From Camelus ferus (Eukaryota), in the NCBI RefSeq assembly GCF_009834535.1, contig NC_045698.1, positions 1,428,001 through 1,492,000 of the forward strand: a stretch of 64,000 nucleotides of DNA, given 5' to 3'. The notes below the pieces were generated by a model. It saw nothing but the letters and a program-made list of their open reading frames with translations, made no database searches and had not been told where the DNA came from. A program made the translations under genes and the position numbers. Every line of letters starts with the position of its first letter. Positions within the stretch are counted from its first letter, which is position 1. Below are positions 12,990 through 26,470 of this stretch, piece by piece.

Positions 12990-13504
12990 GACTTTGGGGA
13001 TGCTACGAGGTGCGGGGACAGCCCCATGCGTGGCACCCGAGTGTGGCTCGCCCGTGTCACAAAATGCAAATTTCACGCCCACCGTCCCTTTTTCACGCCT
13101 ATGAAATGCACAGAGCTGCTTGTAACAAGACAAGGTAAATAATCACCAGAGGCACACTGGTCGGGAGGTCTCCCGGGGGGATCGGCCAGACTGGGAGCAC
13201 GCGGAGCATTTGCCGTCCCGGCGGTGACAAAGGACGTCTGCCCGCACGGCCACCGCACCGCGACAAGCCGCACTGTGCTTCCCTCCCGGGGGTCTCTGGG
13301 AGTGGATGCTGTGGGCATTCTGAGTCTGGTCTGTTGTTCCTGCCCCTGTGAGGTCGGGTGCACCATTGTCCCGAAGGCGGGGTGCTCGGGGACCCCTCTA
13401 TGAGGGGGCCGATAACGTGAAGGAGTATTTCAAAATAAACACATACAAGCACTATTTGGGCTTTTTCAGGATCTTCTAAGGAAGGCCGCGTGCCTACCCC
13501 ACAG

Positions 13505-13660
13505 GCGTTATTTTGCGATCACTTGCCTGGAAAACTGGAGCTCCAGCTTGAATGGTCATATATCTAAGCCGCAACTCGTTTGTGCATAATTTGCTTCCAT
13601 TATGTTTAGTCTTAGGCGGCAATTCATGAATCAAACCCCGAGCTTCATTTTTCACGGCCC
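13505..13660. promoter_or_regulatory. Candidate enhancer-like AT-rich island
   Basis: Unique lower-GC stretch with 'tttgtgcataatttgc' and 'caattcatgaatca' (POU/homeodomain-like motifs) between very GC-rich flanks. Confidence 0.25.
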
Positions 13661-16600
13661 GGCTGCCCTCCCAAGGTCGGATGGGGCACGCTGGCTCCAG
13701 GCACAGAGGGGCGGCCCCCGGAACCTGCAGACGGCTGGGCGGCCCTCTCTCCTCCGCCAACCTCGGGCTGTGCTGACGGCCAGCGCGGGGACATCCCTTG
13801 TACCTGGGGGGGGGCTGCGACAGAGTCCCTGGGTGGGGGACGCGGGGCTGCACGATTATTCTTCTGCGTTAAAAAGGCAGGTGCTCAGAGGGAAAACCAG
13901 ATGTCAGGAGGTTGGAAGCTGCACCAGCACCTGGGGCTGGGTCGTGTCCTTGAAGGGCCAGAGGTGGTGCCCGGAACCGGAGGCCACGGGCCTGGACAGT
14001 CTTCGACTTATCCGTTGGCCGTGTGTCCCGGCTCCTCTGCTGGGCTTGTCACAGACTCAGTGATGTTGCATCCCTGAGGCACCTGCACATTGGCTGCTCA
14101 TCACCACTGTTGTGCAGACGGGGAAACGCCACCTGTGGGGACGATGGCTGATGTCACTGTCACTATTCTCCGTCAAGAACAGGGGATAAAGCAGCACTTT
14201 TGTAAGAATCCATCTAAAAAGAGAACAGTCTATAACTCCTTGAATGACGGTCGGCCTTAGGGCTGATTCATGGAGGAAGATGCACCTCCATCCGTGTCCC
14301 TGTCGTGGCTCTGCGGCCGGCGGGGCCCCCAGCACCACCCGGGGCGCCCGCTCATGCGCTGGGCTCTGAAGTGACAGGTCTGCGGTAAACTTGTCTGCCC
14401 TGAGAGATGCCCACCTTTCCCTCGCCCTCACCGTGTCGTCCCTGCCTGTCTCCTGGAGCTGAGACTCCAGCGTGTTTCTCAGTTGATGGGGACAAATGTT
14501 GACACCGCCAGGCCACAGAACCTCCAGAGAGTGGGGTGAGGAGGCCCTGGACCGTGCCCTCAGCCTCCTGCACAGATGGAGTGATGGACGCGCTCGTCTG
14601 GCCGTGGCCACGAGAAGGCTCCTTGGAACGCCACCTGTGACCTGGAGCGTGCGGTTCCTGAGCCGGGTTCTTGTCCCTGCTATTTCCATCAAGCGCCTGC
14701 AGATCTCGGGGCTGGAGAGCGGGCCTCCCTTCCGCTCTGCTGCTTCTTGAGCGGATGCCCTGACTGCAGCTGGAGAGGAGGTGGTGTGAGCCTCTCAGCT
14801 TGTCCGTCCATTTGAGGCAGTGGGAGGAGGCGGGGAGGGCTGGAGGGGGCAGTGCCCGTCGAGGGCACAGGGGAAGGTGGAGGAGATCAGACGTCCTCAG
14901 AGCCCCCGTCCCACCAGCCCCGACGCACCTCACCCGAGGGTCCTTCCAGGGATGGGAGGACAGACCCCTTGATTCCCTCCCTGGTCCACAGGACCCTCAG
15001 CTCAAACCAACCAAGCACAAGTTCATGGCAGAATGAAGCCCTGAGATTCCAGGAACGAAAGGACCAGAGGCCCAAACTGCTGTAGTGGAAGCCCCTCGTG
15101 GCTCAGCGTGGGCCCCTCCTCTCCAGGATGCAGCCCCTGGGGACGCTCCACGTGCTCGGACCCTGGGATGTTGTCCCAACACGCGAGCCCTCCCTCCCTC
15201 CCCCATCTTTCCCGAGAGCCGCGCGTGGCCCCGGAGGGACACCCCCCCTGTCAGGGATCAGCAGGGGCCCGCTGGCCAGGCGGGGGCCTCTCCTCGTGCT
15301 CGGGGTCTCACTCTTTTTTCTCCCACCCACCTCCCCGTGCGTCTTCAGGCTATCAGTGTCCTTAGGTGTCCTGGACCCTCATCACATAATGCAAAGCCTG
15401 GTGTTAATTTCAGCCACTACATCCCTGTGGGATGTCAGCGACCAGCCCCGCACTGTCCCTGGAGCGGCGCCCGCCTTATCCCTGCGTATGGATGGGGGAG
15501 CTGCCCGCCCTGCCCTTCAGAGTGAGGGGTGCTGGGACCTCCGGTCTGGGGATGGGGTCTTGGCGTCCAGACCTAGCTCCCTCTGCAGCCCAGGCTGTCA
15601 CCCCAGGCGTGGCTGCTGTCCTGTTAAGAGAGCTGCTGTGACTTTGTATTAAAAAAGTTCATCATTTTACAGACAAGCCCTCACATCTGTTAGAACCCCG
15701 CAGGGTCACCTCCCGGAACAGCCTCTCCCTGAAAGCGGGGTGAGATCCAGCAGCCTCAGTCTAGGATCTAAGACTTGCGAACTTCTCTGGGGGGTGGGGG
15801 GAGCCATAAGTCACACCCGGGATGACCACGTGTGCCTCCGGCTGAGAGGGAGAGCCGCGCGTCTCCACGACCGTCCTGGCCTGATGTCAGAACTGAGAGT
15901 GGCTGCCCGGAGGCCGGTCTCTGTGGCTGCAGATCCGGCCCCTCCCAGGACCCCTCGTCGGGGCAACGAGATGGTGGGAGGAGGGGCCTCGGCATCAGAC
16001 AGACCCAGGCTGACGGCGCGGCCCAGCCGTGTGGCAGTGGGCCTGTCGCTCGACTTCTTCCAGCCTCTGTGCTCTCCCCGATACACGGAGGACAGGAGCC
16101 CCCACCCCTGTGTCCGTGACTGTCACTAAAGGCGGACAAGCCCACTGCTCTTTGCGGCACCAGGTGGTGCTCAGTGATGGGCGGCTGTGACTGGAAACTT
16201 CATCATCGTAGACCCACAGGGCGAGAGGCTGGGCAGGACCTCGGGGCTCGGCCGAAGTGCCCCACAGGAGGCAGGCGCCTCCTCCGTGCCCCTGACAGAT
16301 GGTGATTCCAGGAGCCCCCCCGGCATCAGGTGGGAGCAGGCAGGTGTCTGGACGGAGGGGCTCAGGGCTCCGTGGGGGTGGGTCCCCACTGCTGGGGAGC
16401 CAGGTGTCTCAGCCCCGTTTGAAGGTCACCTGCTCTCTGCCTGCCGCTCTTCCAGGTGTTGCTGAGCTGTAACATCTGGCGGCAAAGCCCACGTGGGTCC
16501 CGGTCATCCATTGTTCTGCGGCTGCCGGTGGGGCTGGAGATGAGAGGACGGGGCTGGATGGGGCTGGATGGGGCGCCGGGATGGAGAGGGCAGTCCTGCG

Positions 16601-19600
16601 GTCACGGCTGGCCCTGCACTGACAGTGTGCTCAGGGTGCGGTGGTGCCCGGGCAGCACCTTCCCAGAGTGGGACCCACCTTTGTTTTGCCTGCTTTTCTC
16701 CTGAGCCCCTCTCTCCAGAGCCCAGGCCGGTCCTTGCACCTCCCCACCCCACAGCCGGGCCGCATGCTCCGGACCCTGGGGTGGGTGGGCGCCAGCAGCA
16801 GCTGCCAGCTCACAGCCACGCCTCCCTCCACCGTCCCCTCCCAGGTCACCTGCCCCCAGCCGAGCTGCAGGGCCACTGCCGGGGCCACGCAGCTCAACCC
16901 ACAACCCTCGGGCAGACTGCACGCAGCCTGGCCGGTCCCCACCCTGTCTTCAGCCTGTGTCCGGCCACCTGTCTGTCTGCTTCCCACGGCAGACTTTTCT
17001 GCAGACCACACAGCCCTGGAGCTGCAGGAACGTCTGTTCTGTCTGTTCATTCATCACGAATTCTGTTTGGCTGATAAGTCACTGTTCCCCTCGCGTTCCA
17101 GCCGTCACCATACCCACAGTTAAAAATGTTTGTCACAGGTGGGGGCTTCCCTCAGGGAGACTGTGTGGAAACTGGGCTGTCTGTCTACACGCTGGAGGGG
17201 TCCTCCCTCAGCCCTCAGTTGCTCCCCGTGTCCTGGGCCCTTGGCACCTTGCATTTTCTGGCTCTCTCTGCTCCTAAGCCTCTGGGTCTGTTTGATTTTA
17301 ATCAGAACCAGGAACAGCGACTTGACAGCGTGTCCCTGTCACTGGGGCCTAGATGTGGGCAGAAGGACGCAGGGTCAGAGGGGAGCCTGTCCTTCTGTGA
17401 CTGGAGGCCCCAGGACAGGGGTTCACAGCCCCTGAGGCCGTCGGGCCTCCTCACCTGGGACAGGCGTCCAGGAGGGCCGTCACTGGGGCTGAGGTTTGCA
17501 GACTCATGCTCTTCTGGACAACGGTAACTGCTTGACAGTTAATAGGACTTACATCTCTCAACTTCAGAGAGTGAAGCAACTTAAAGAGCAGAGCAAAGCA
17601 AGCTGTCTCTGGCAAAGAGAAGACATCCCAAGCCTAAAGCATGAAATGAACATCCCACCGAGCCCGCCTCTGACTCCCGGGCCTGCCGTCCGCGCCGCGG
17701 GGCCCCCGGGCTTCCCACCGCCTTCCAGGCCGCACGCCGGAGGCAGGAGGGGCGGCCCGCCTGGGGCCCGGCCCCGCGCCTGAGAACGCAGGACTGCCGC
17801 CAGGCGGGGCCTCCCCGGCTCCCCCACCCCCACCCCAAGGTGCCACTCTCGTCTGCGCAAGGTTCTCTGCGTCTCCCAGATGCCAGGGGGCCCTCGGAGA
17901 CACCTCCTTCAAGCCCCAGGAACTCCCTTCAGAAAACCTGGCCCCTGGAGACAATGACCAGGTGGATTCTGACCCTTAGCCTGCCGTTTGCGGGCTGAGA
18001 CAGGAGGACGATGGAAAGGCGCCCAGCCCCGTGCCCTCCGTCCCCAGGGCAGTGGGTGGAGGGAGGGTTTCCCTGATCTGGATCGTCTGCAATGGGTGGG
18101 AAGTTGTCAATATTTATGATTATTTCTTTCATCCTAAGCAAACCAAAGATTTCTGTGTCAAACGCTGGGTTGTGTACTTACAAGCTTACCTGTGAGTCTC
18201 ACTCCCTGTGCTCCAACCCCTGGGGAGGCGCAGCGAGAGCAGAAGTCGCCTTCGGGGGGAGCCCTGAGTGAGAAATCTCAGGACTCCCGTAAAGACGGCC
18301 GCCCAGCTCCCTGCCCAACATCCTGAGCGAGTCCTCCCGGGTCCCCGCGGGGCCCCAGGTGTCGAGCAAAGTGGAGACCGTCCCTGAGAATTTCACTTCT
18401 TTAAGCCCCAGGTGCCTTCATGTCCCACAGCCTTGTACCCAGCCCCCTGGAACTTTGTCACAAAGCTCTGGCCATCGGGATCATGAAAACACCCGCTTTT
18501 TCCCCGAAAATGTGCCCACATTGCAGAGCGAGTGTTGGTCTCACAAAGGAGGGCACAGCTGCCCTTTCCCTGCTCACACCTGGAGTAGGACGCTGTGGCC
18601 ACGGTCTGCTCGGCGGCCCCTCAGACACACCTGGGCTCCGTCACCGACCACCCACGGAGCCGGCCCAGGTCCGAGTCCTCCGGGCTGGGGGGGCTCCATC
18701 CTCACAGGGGTCTGGGCTGTGCCCACCTCACCTACCCACTGTAACTCGTTTTGCAGCTTTGGTCCAGAAGCCTCAGGGACAGATCCAAAAGCAGAGTCAG
18801 CCCTCCCTGAAGCAGAGGCCATTGCTACTGGCCCTTCGGTGATGCCCACCTGACCTGCCCAGAGCCCCGCTCGGCCGGCACCGATGTTCCCAGAGTCTCC
18901 CAAGGCCCCATCGTCTGAGACGCTCCAATGGAAGCCGCCTCTCGGGCACCCCGAGGGAAGATGGGCTAGAGCGAGGGTCCTGGAGCGCAAAGCCCACTTT
19001 GTCGGGGCAGCAAAGAGGCCTCCTGGTCCTTCGTGAGACACTCAGAAAAGCTCAAGCTCTCAGAGCTCAGGGTCCCTGGGGAAGATTCGTAAAGGTACTT
19101 GTCCCGGAGCAGACTCCAAACACGGAATTCACCTTCGCTTAGCCACTTACGTAGGGTCCATCGCAGCCTTCCAGGTCGCGCTGGGCTTGAAGGGACGCCT
19201 GGCGAACGGACCCCGCGCCAAGCCAGCCTGCCGGGAGCGGGAGGCCCTCGCCCGCAGGCTTCCTGGCGGGACAGCGCTGAGACGGCGTTTTGGTTCAGGT
19301 CACTGAGGAACTGCGTCCTGGCTGAACGCACTGCACCTGGGGCTTTATGGGCGACAGGTGGTGAGCCAGCGAGCCCCGTCCCACGCCCCACCCTGGCTTT
19401 GGTGAAGTGATTCTCGGGCATGGCAGGTGGGCGAAGGTTGGGGTGTAGGGCCAGGGACTTTGATTCAGACACACTCGCCCGCTTCCTGGGGACCTGCGAC
19501 ATAGCAAGTCCTAAAGCCGCTAACCCTGTCTTGCCATCCACGTTCAGCAAACGGTGCTCACTGGAGAGATGGTTACCTGCAAATGCTTCTCAAACTTCAA

Positions 19601-20187
19601 ACAGACGTCAGCCCTGTAATTTAGGAAGCTTATCCTCGGCCATTGTCCTGGTTTCCTGTGAGGAGACATCGGGCACTACGGCTCTCCCTTTCCCTGGACT
19701 TGAGGACTGAGCCATGTCCTGTCCCATCCCGGGGGCACGTGCTCCTGACATTGAGCGGATGGGGTGGAGATAGGCTCCCAGATCAGGAGCTCCGACCGTA
19801 CGTACCTGCTCAGGTCTCCCGCGGGCCTGACCGTGGCCCGCCGCTCTCTGCCGCGTCCTGGGGTTCCCGCTGGACTCCTGCCACTGGAGCGGATAACAGG
19901 GGTCCACAAACCACCACAAACACGCCCCGCTGGGTACCCACGGGGTCGCTTCGTCGCCCGCCAGCACTGCAGAAACGCGTCTCAGAGGCAGTTGCGAGCA
20001 CTTTGCATCCTCTTCTGGTTTCTGACCTGGAAGGGCAGCCCCGGGGCGGCTCTCAGGGGCCCAGGAGCCACCGCGTCCCTGGACAGTTTCCTGCTGGCTT
20101 GTCACCGCTGGGTCTGGCAAACAGGCTGACCACCTGGGGGACACCGAGGGCCATGGTACATGGGTTTTCTCTGACATTCGTTGTTTT

Positions 20188-20282
20188 GAAAGAAAGAAAG
20201 AAAGAGAGAGAGAGGAAGGAAGGAAGGACGGAAGAAGAAAAGAAAGGAAGAAAAATAAGAGAAAGAAAGAGAGAGAGAAGGT
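20188..20282. repeat. Polypurine (GAAA/GA/GGAA)n low-complexity tract
   Basis: Directly visible. Confidence 0.9.
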
Positions 20283-22894
20283 GGGAGGTGCGGAGGGAGG
20301 AGGAGCAACCCTCGGCCCTGCAGTCCCAGCTCCACTAGCAGCAGAGGACGGCTTACGGGAGTAGAAACCCACCGGCAATCCTGGTGTCCCCGTCAGGTCT
20401 TGACGGAGGAGCCCAGGGCCTGGACTCCTGCCTGGCTTTTGACCCACGAATGAAATCGTGTGAAGGCAGAGTCCTGAAAGCCTGGTATCTGCCTGCACCA
20501 CTCGAGTATTTAATCTGTTTTAAAATTTCCTCTCCATTAAGTTAGTAATTGCAGCTCAATAGGCCCTGCTCACCGCTTGCGCGCTGCCATGAATCTCACT
20601 GCTAAAGGCCACTCCCGCCCTCCCTTGCAGGCTGCTGGCCAGCTTGGACGCGGCCCCGGCAGAGGTTACTCCCTCTGGGTCTGACCCCCCATCTCGTAGG
20701 TAGAGGTGCTTCCAAGGCCAAGAAGCACGTGGTCGCCCAGGGCGGCAGGGCCATGGAGCCAGACCCTGGGCTGGCCTCACCGCCTGCTCCGGAGGCCTCT
20801 GCTGGGCCACAGCCCCGAGAACAGCGGCACAGGCCCTGAGGACAGCAGCCCGAGCTGCCCGCACACGCCTCCCTCAGGCATGGGGAGTTGCTCCTGCACT
20901 GCGGGGGCGGTGGTGGTGGCGGTGGTGGTGGCTGGTCATTGCTGCTGCTCCCTGGCAGAGCTCCTGAGGGGGGAACAGGTCTCCCAGGGCCAGAGTGCTC
21001 CAAGGGGGTCTGAGAAGGGAGCCCCTGGCCGGGCTCTGGAAAGCCTGGATCAGCCAGGTGCCCGCACCAGGGAGGCTGGGAGGCAGTCGCCTCAGGGAGG
21101 GGGAGCCTGGCGTCTTCCCAAGGCCACCTGTCACCAAATGCACCTCGATGGCCCTAGCTCTGGTCCCACAGTGGCCCTGTCACCCTCACCAGCTGGGATT
21201 AAAATGACACCCTCACGCTTCACCGTTGTCCATTGGCCACCTTCTCCCATGACCCTGCAGTGACACACGCTTCGCAAATGCACACTGAAAACTGCCCCTG
21301 GACTTTACCCCCTTCAGGCCCTTGGGCGGCACCCTGGCTCGTACTCTGGCGTGTCTACTCCAGCTTGGAACGCACAGGCTCGTTTAAATCCATCTTCAGG
21401 TTCCCACGCCCCCGATGGGACGCCCTGGGCAGTCGGGGCAGGCGTCCCTGCTGGGGCCGGCCTTCAGCATCGCTCCACGTCCTTCCCTCGGCCCCTGGAC
21501 TCTGCTCACTCAAATGTGCTGCCTCAGACTCCGCTTCCTGCCCGGAAGGCAGACTTCCTGAGCCTTGGGTTTCCTTGGGGGGCACGGTGCCGGTCCTGCC
21601 CCCCGCCTGGACGGGCCCCGTGCCCCTTCACTGCCCGCTCTGCACACCCAGCTCCACCCCCCTTCCGTCCTCCGCTTTCATTCCCGACATGGCTTCTGTT
21701 CACAAGCCAGTGGGGTGAGATTGGGGTGTCTCCACCTGCACGCCAGTGTGGGGAGACCCCCCTCAGTCCTCACACCGCTTCCTGGGGCGTTCGCTTTCCC
21801 TCAGGGAGTGGCTCCCCTGGAGCAAGGCGGGGTCGCGGCTTATGGACAGGAGCACGTGTGTGTGCACCGGTGTGTGTCACACGCCACGGCAGGCCCGTGA
21901 CAGCACTGGCTGAGACGCGTGCGCTCTGCACCTGCTGCGTCTAAGCTGCCCTGTGGGAGCACGCGGGAGCTTTACCAGAAACACTAACATTTCTAAGTCG
22001 GCAGCTTCAGCAGAGCCGTGAACCTGTTGCCAGAACCCCTCCTTTAAGGCTTCCCTGCACCCAGGGCCTGGGGACCTCAGACCCGAGGTCTCTGATGAGT
22101 GTCTGCAGTCAGGCTGTGATCTGACACCACCGTGGTTTTAAGATTGCCCCAAATGTTCGCCCAGTTACTGCGGCCAGGCTCCCGTGCACCAGGTCCCCGT
22201 TTGGCTCTGAGAGACGTGCCCTGACGGCGGTGGCCACACGAGTTGGCAAACTCATCTGGTCAGAGAGACACACACGACCTTGCCGGTAGCGCCGGTCCAC
22301 GACCACGGGGTTTCCCCTCGAGACACAGCTGGGTTTGGACTGAAACTGTCAGAGTCTGTGCAAGGCTTGGTCCCCCAACGTTTGTGATCAGCTCTTCACG
22401 GGAGCACGCGCTGTGAGCTCAGGTCTACCGATAAAAAGTCCACTCACCTAGGCCTGACCCGGCGTCAGGGGGCGTGCGGGTAGTCAGAGACACGTGCTCA
22501 CAGTCTGGCTGAGGTACGATCTGTAGTTCAGATTGAACCCCTTTCACTGGGACGAGCGTCTGCACCAACAGGCGTGGAGACCGCACCTCGGAGGGCCTGG
22601 GAGACGCCTCCAGTCGCTGCGCCCTAACTGCGAAGTCGTCCGTTGGAGAGACGGCTAATTATAAAATCTGCCAGATTTGTTTGTTTAAACAACGGTTGGG
22701 TTCTTGTCTTGAACAGTCTTAGGACTTCAGCTGGGTCGTATGAACCTGGGTGACTGTGCTGTCCGCAGCAGCGGGCCCGTTGTCGCACGGCGACGCTGTA
22801 GTGACTGGTGGCGCGGGGTTAAAGCTCAGCGTTTACAGAGTCCCCGCCCCTGACAGAGGCTGCTAGTGGGCCTGCCTTTCTGCTTCACCAAGTT

Positions 22895-22992
22895 CCTTCA
22901 GACCAGGGGTTGCATCGTCCTCTCCTGTGCGTCCCCAGAGCACCGAGCGCAGCTTCTGGCACGCAGGGGAGAGAAAGGTGTATTGAATGGTG
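22895..22992 (+). mobile_element. L2 3'-end fragment
   Basis: 'gtgcgtccccagagcaccgagcgcagcttctggcacgcagg..tattgaatgg' resembles the L2 terminus. Confidence 0.5.
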
Positions 22993-25044
22993 GGCAAAAT
23001 TAGACACGTATTAAGACTCGATGAGAGTTACTGAATTATTGACTTTAAAAAGGTGTACTTCATGCATACGCGATGAACGCAAGCACGAGTTCTAAATGAA
23101 CGCAAAACAGAGCAGTGATGGACACTCTATTTGACTGTTGGCGTTAATAAGGAATTAGATTATTAAGCACGGTAGGAAAACATTTTGAACGTCAACTATC
23201 TAAAAAGAGCAACACACACATAGGAGTCCGTGAATGTACGCGCTTGTGTTAAGTGGGCGCTAACCCTGAGTGTTGGCTCAAATTCAACTTGCAGGAGGCT
23301 GACTTTTAGGCCGTTTCTGTACTTTCTGCATCTCATTTGTGAAAGCAGCCAGAGGATGGAGGCCGATTCGATGGGATGACAACGGGCTTTGGCGTCTGGA
23401 GCCCCCATGACACGCCCGTGCACAGGGCATCCATTGCGTAGCATTTCTTAGACAAGGTCTGACGTGAGGCAGGGGAGCCGTGCAACCTGTTTTTCTGGCT
23501 CCTGCATCAGAGCCTGCAAACTGCTCTGGGAAACTTCAGAAACGGCTTGAGGTTTTGCCCAGAGCCGCGCCCCGAGATGAGCGGTCCCCTTAGGGTTCAG
23601 ATCAGCCCACTGGCGTCCTTCGTCGCAGCCTGGTGCTCTCGGGTACGCTTGTGTGTGTTGGCTGCGTCTTGAGCTGACGGGGCCCCAACAGCATGTTAGA
23701 GTGGCGGCGGGATTTCTGTGCACAGAGGATGCGGAGGGTTGGAAGCCACGCCAGGCACACTGGCTCCCACCGCCGGGGACTCAGTTTCAGATACAACATG
23801 ACGGTCAACCTCGGGGAAGTCATGGGAGACGCGGCTCTGCCCCTCGTGGAGTCTCAGGGACAGGAAGACGTAGCTCACCTTGGATGTTCTGCTCTCGATG
23901 CTACTCCTGTCACTGCAGATGGGTGGCGGGGCGCTGGCGCAGGAAGTAAACCTGAGGACCTGGGCTCGTGTGGGTGTCAGCTGCGGCCAGCGGCACACAG
24001 GGCCGTCTTCTCGCACTGGCAGTCCTGGTGACACGCGGGTCCTTGTGATTCGATCCCGGGCAGCTTTGCTGGCAGTTGGTGGCCTGGAAGCCACTCGGGG
24101 CCCCAGGCTGAGCCACACGGCCCCAGCTGCCTGGTGCTCAGCTTACTGGGCCCCACCGCAAAACTCCATGACTAGTGTAACACGTCATAGTTAGTCTCTT
24201 AAGAATGTAAACAGCCTGGCGACAGAGTGGAGCAGGCGTCCAGCCATCTGCTCCGGGAGTCGGCCTCTGTTCCCACGGTGGGCACTGACTCTGCGCCTGG
24301 CAGATGAGAAGCAGACCCACGCGTCAGCTGACTGTCCCCGGGCAGTGCATCAGGGATGCAGACAGCCTGCCCCGCCTGCCCCGCCTGCCCTGCCTGCCAA
24401 GGGGGCCCAGGGCTCCGGTGCAGCAGGCACGGCCTGGGACCCGCTCCGGGCCCCGCCCTCCTCTGCTCCATCTAGCTCCCGCCTCCGCTGCGGGCCTGAG
24501 ATGCAGGCCGTGTGGCCTCACGGGCAGTGGCACTAGGTGTGCAGGTGCACGTGTCTGTGCGTGTGTGCACCCGTGCCCCTCGCCCGCTGCGTCCCACACA
24601 AAGCCCGCGCTTGGCCTGGCGGCCTCTCCCAGGCCGGGCACGGAGGTGCAGGGGTCCTGACCCCACTGCCCGCGCTGCAGCTGGAGGCAGGCTTCCTCTC
24701 AGCGTCTCTGGCCCAGGAGCATGCTCTGAGCGCCCTACTTTCTATTCGCACGTTGTGCAGAATTACCCCCAGAATCCAGACCAGGAGGCCCGAATCCCAA
24801 CCACGCAAAGTCACCAACGGAGTCATAAGAAAATCCCCAAAGAGTCAAATCCATCTGAGTAACTAGTTAATGTGACTGCGTCAGTAAATTGAGAAATTGG
24901 GCCATGGATCTGCGGAGAGCCGGCCTCTGTGTGCGGTGACTCAGGATCCAGCTCCTGGCAGTTTCAATACACTGTTCTGATGCTAGAGTGCGACGCCCTG
25001 GTGAGTTATAGGAGTTCGGGGATTCATATTCAGAAATGACACGA

Positions 25045-25926
25045 GGCCATCAGATCTCTCATGTTAAACCCTGAGCTTTGCAGTGAGTTCAAGGATGAAG
25101 TCCCAGCATCTGAACATTCTTTCCTGGTCCAGGGTCCAGACCTCCCCCCACAATCCAGCTCCCAGGGGACCGTGGGCCACCCCAGCCGGGTCCTCGCCCT
25201 GTCACTCTCATGGAACATGGTCCTTGCCATCCTTCTGGGGCTCAGACCAAACTGGGAGTCCTTCGTCTGTTCCATCTTGCCCTCCTGAATCCTGTCACCT
25301 TACCTGGAAAACACAGTGGGGCCAGAACCTTCTCCCCCTGGCCCCACCTGGCCCATCCTAGGCCATCTTCTCTCTGCTGCAGCCTCCTGACTGCCCCCTG
25401 CCCCACTCTGTAGACATTGTCAACCCGGCAGGAACACTCATGCTCTTAAAGCATAAGGTGAACAAGTAATGCTTGCTTGACCTCTGTTGACCATACTGTC
25501 CATCTGTGTGGAACATCCCTGTGGCCACAGCCCACCAGGAGTGGCAGCCTGAATCTTTGCAGTCACTGCCAATCCTGCCGGAGCTGCCCTGTCACCTTCC
25601 CGTGCCCTCCCTCCACGGCTGGTCCATTCTTAGACCCACAGCAGCCTCTCCCTGCTCCTGGGATGTGGCGGAGGCCCTGCTGCCACAGGGCCTTTGCACG
25701 TGCCGTTCCCTCCCTAGGAGAGGTCTGTCCCAAGTGGTCTCCATGGCTGTTTCTTTACCGCCTGCAGAGCCATTCTCAGAAGTTACCTGATGTCATAGAA
25801 CGTCCCTCAGCGTCTCTCCTCCATCCGTCTTACTCTCCTCCTCTGCTCCGTCTCTGAGATGCAGCTGTTCCTTCTGTCTGTCTCTCCCACTGGAGGTGAG
25901 CTGTGCAAGGAGGGTTGAATAAGTGA
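25045..25926 (+). mobile_element. L2 LINE fragment(s)
   Basis: 'ctcagaccaaactgggagtccttc', 'cagggcctttgcacgtgccgttccctcc' and 'tgtctctcccactggaggtgagct..ttgaataagtga' are characteristic of the L2 3' region. Confidence 0.65.
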
Positions 25927-26209
25927 GACCCCCACTCAAATTCTAGAGCTGGCCCCTGGCTGAAAGCTGAGGCCCCCCCCACCCCACGGTGACTCAGAGC
26001 CAGTGTGAGGCCGTGGGGACTGCGCCTCACAAGGGCCGTTTCCTTGCGAGGAGAGGGTTCAGGACCCTGCACTTCCCTCTCAAGTCCTCAGAGGTCGAGC
26101 TGATCCCCTGACCTTCTCTCTGGAAGGCTCAGCTGCACACCGGTGAAGGCGCCGACAGGGAGCCGCTTGCGCCTCCTCGAGTCCGTGCGTCCTGGAAGTC
26201 TTCCTGTGA

Positions 26210-26470
26210 TGGCGCTTTATTCAATAAGGCTCCAGTGGGCGGGGGTTTAATTAGAGTTTGTGTAAGTTAATTGCGTTGGGTCGTTCTGAACAGTCACTTC
26301 TGGGACATCCACGTGGTTCTCCACTTGTGGATTTTCTCTACCTATTAATTATTTATAATTATCCCAGCATTTGCATCGTGCATTGTATGCGTTTATTTAC
26401 TTTTTTAATTTTACAAATGCTGTTGGCTTTAATCTTCCCACGCACCTTGTTGAGTTTAGAGCAGACTGAA
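26210..26470. promoter_or_regulatory. Candidate enhancer-like AT-rich island
   Basis: TTTAATTAG, GTTAATTG, CATTGT (SOX) and TTTATTTAC motifs clustered in a short unique AT-rich segment. Confidence 0.25.

Noticed and set aside
19608..20501. Longest ORF in the window (297 aa, minus strand)
   Set aside because: Pro/Gly/Arg/Ser-rich GC-driven frame crossing a (TTTC)n tract; overlapping ORFs on both strands; no recognisable domain.
24365..24398. Four copies of a 9-bp GCCTGCCCC unit
   Set aside because: Ordinary short tandem repeat with no associated structure.
10594..24866. Many overlapping 100-230-aa ORFs
   Set aside because: Expected from stop-codon scarcity in high-GC DNA; none resembles a known protein and no consistent exon chain is visible.
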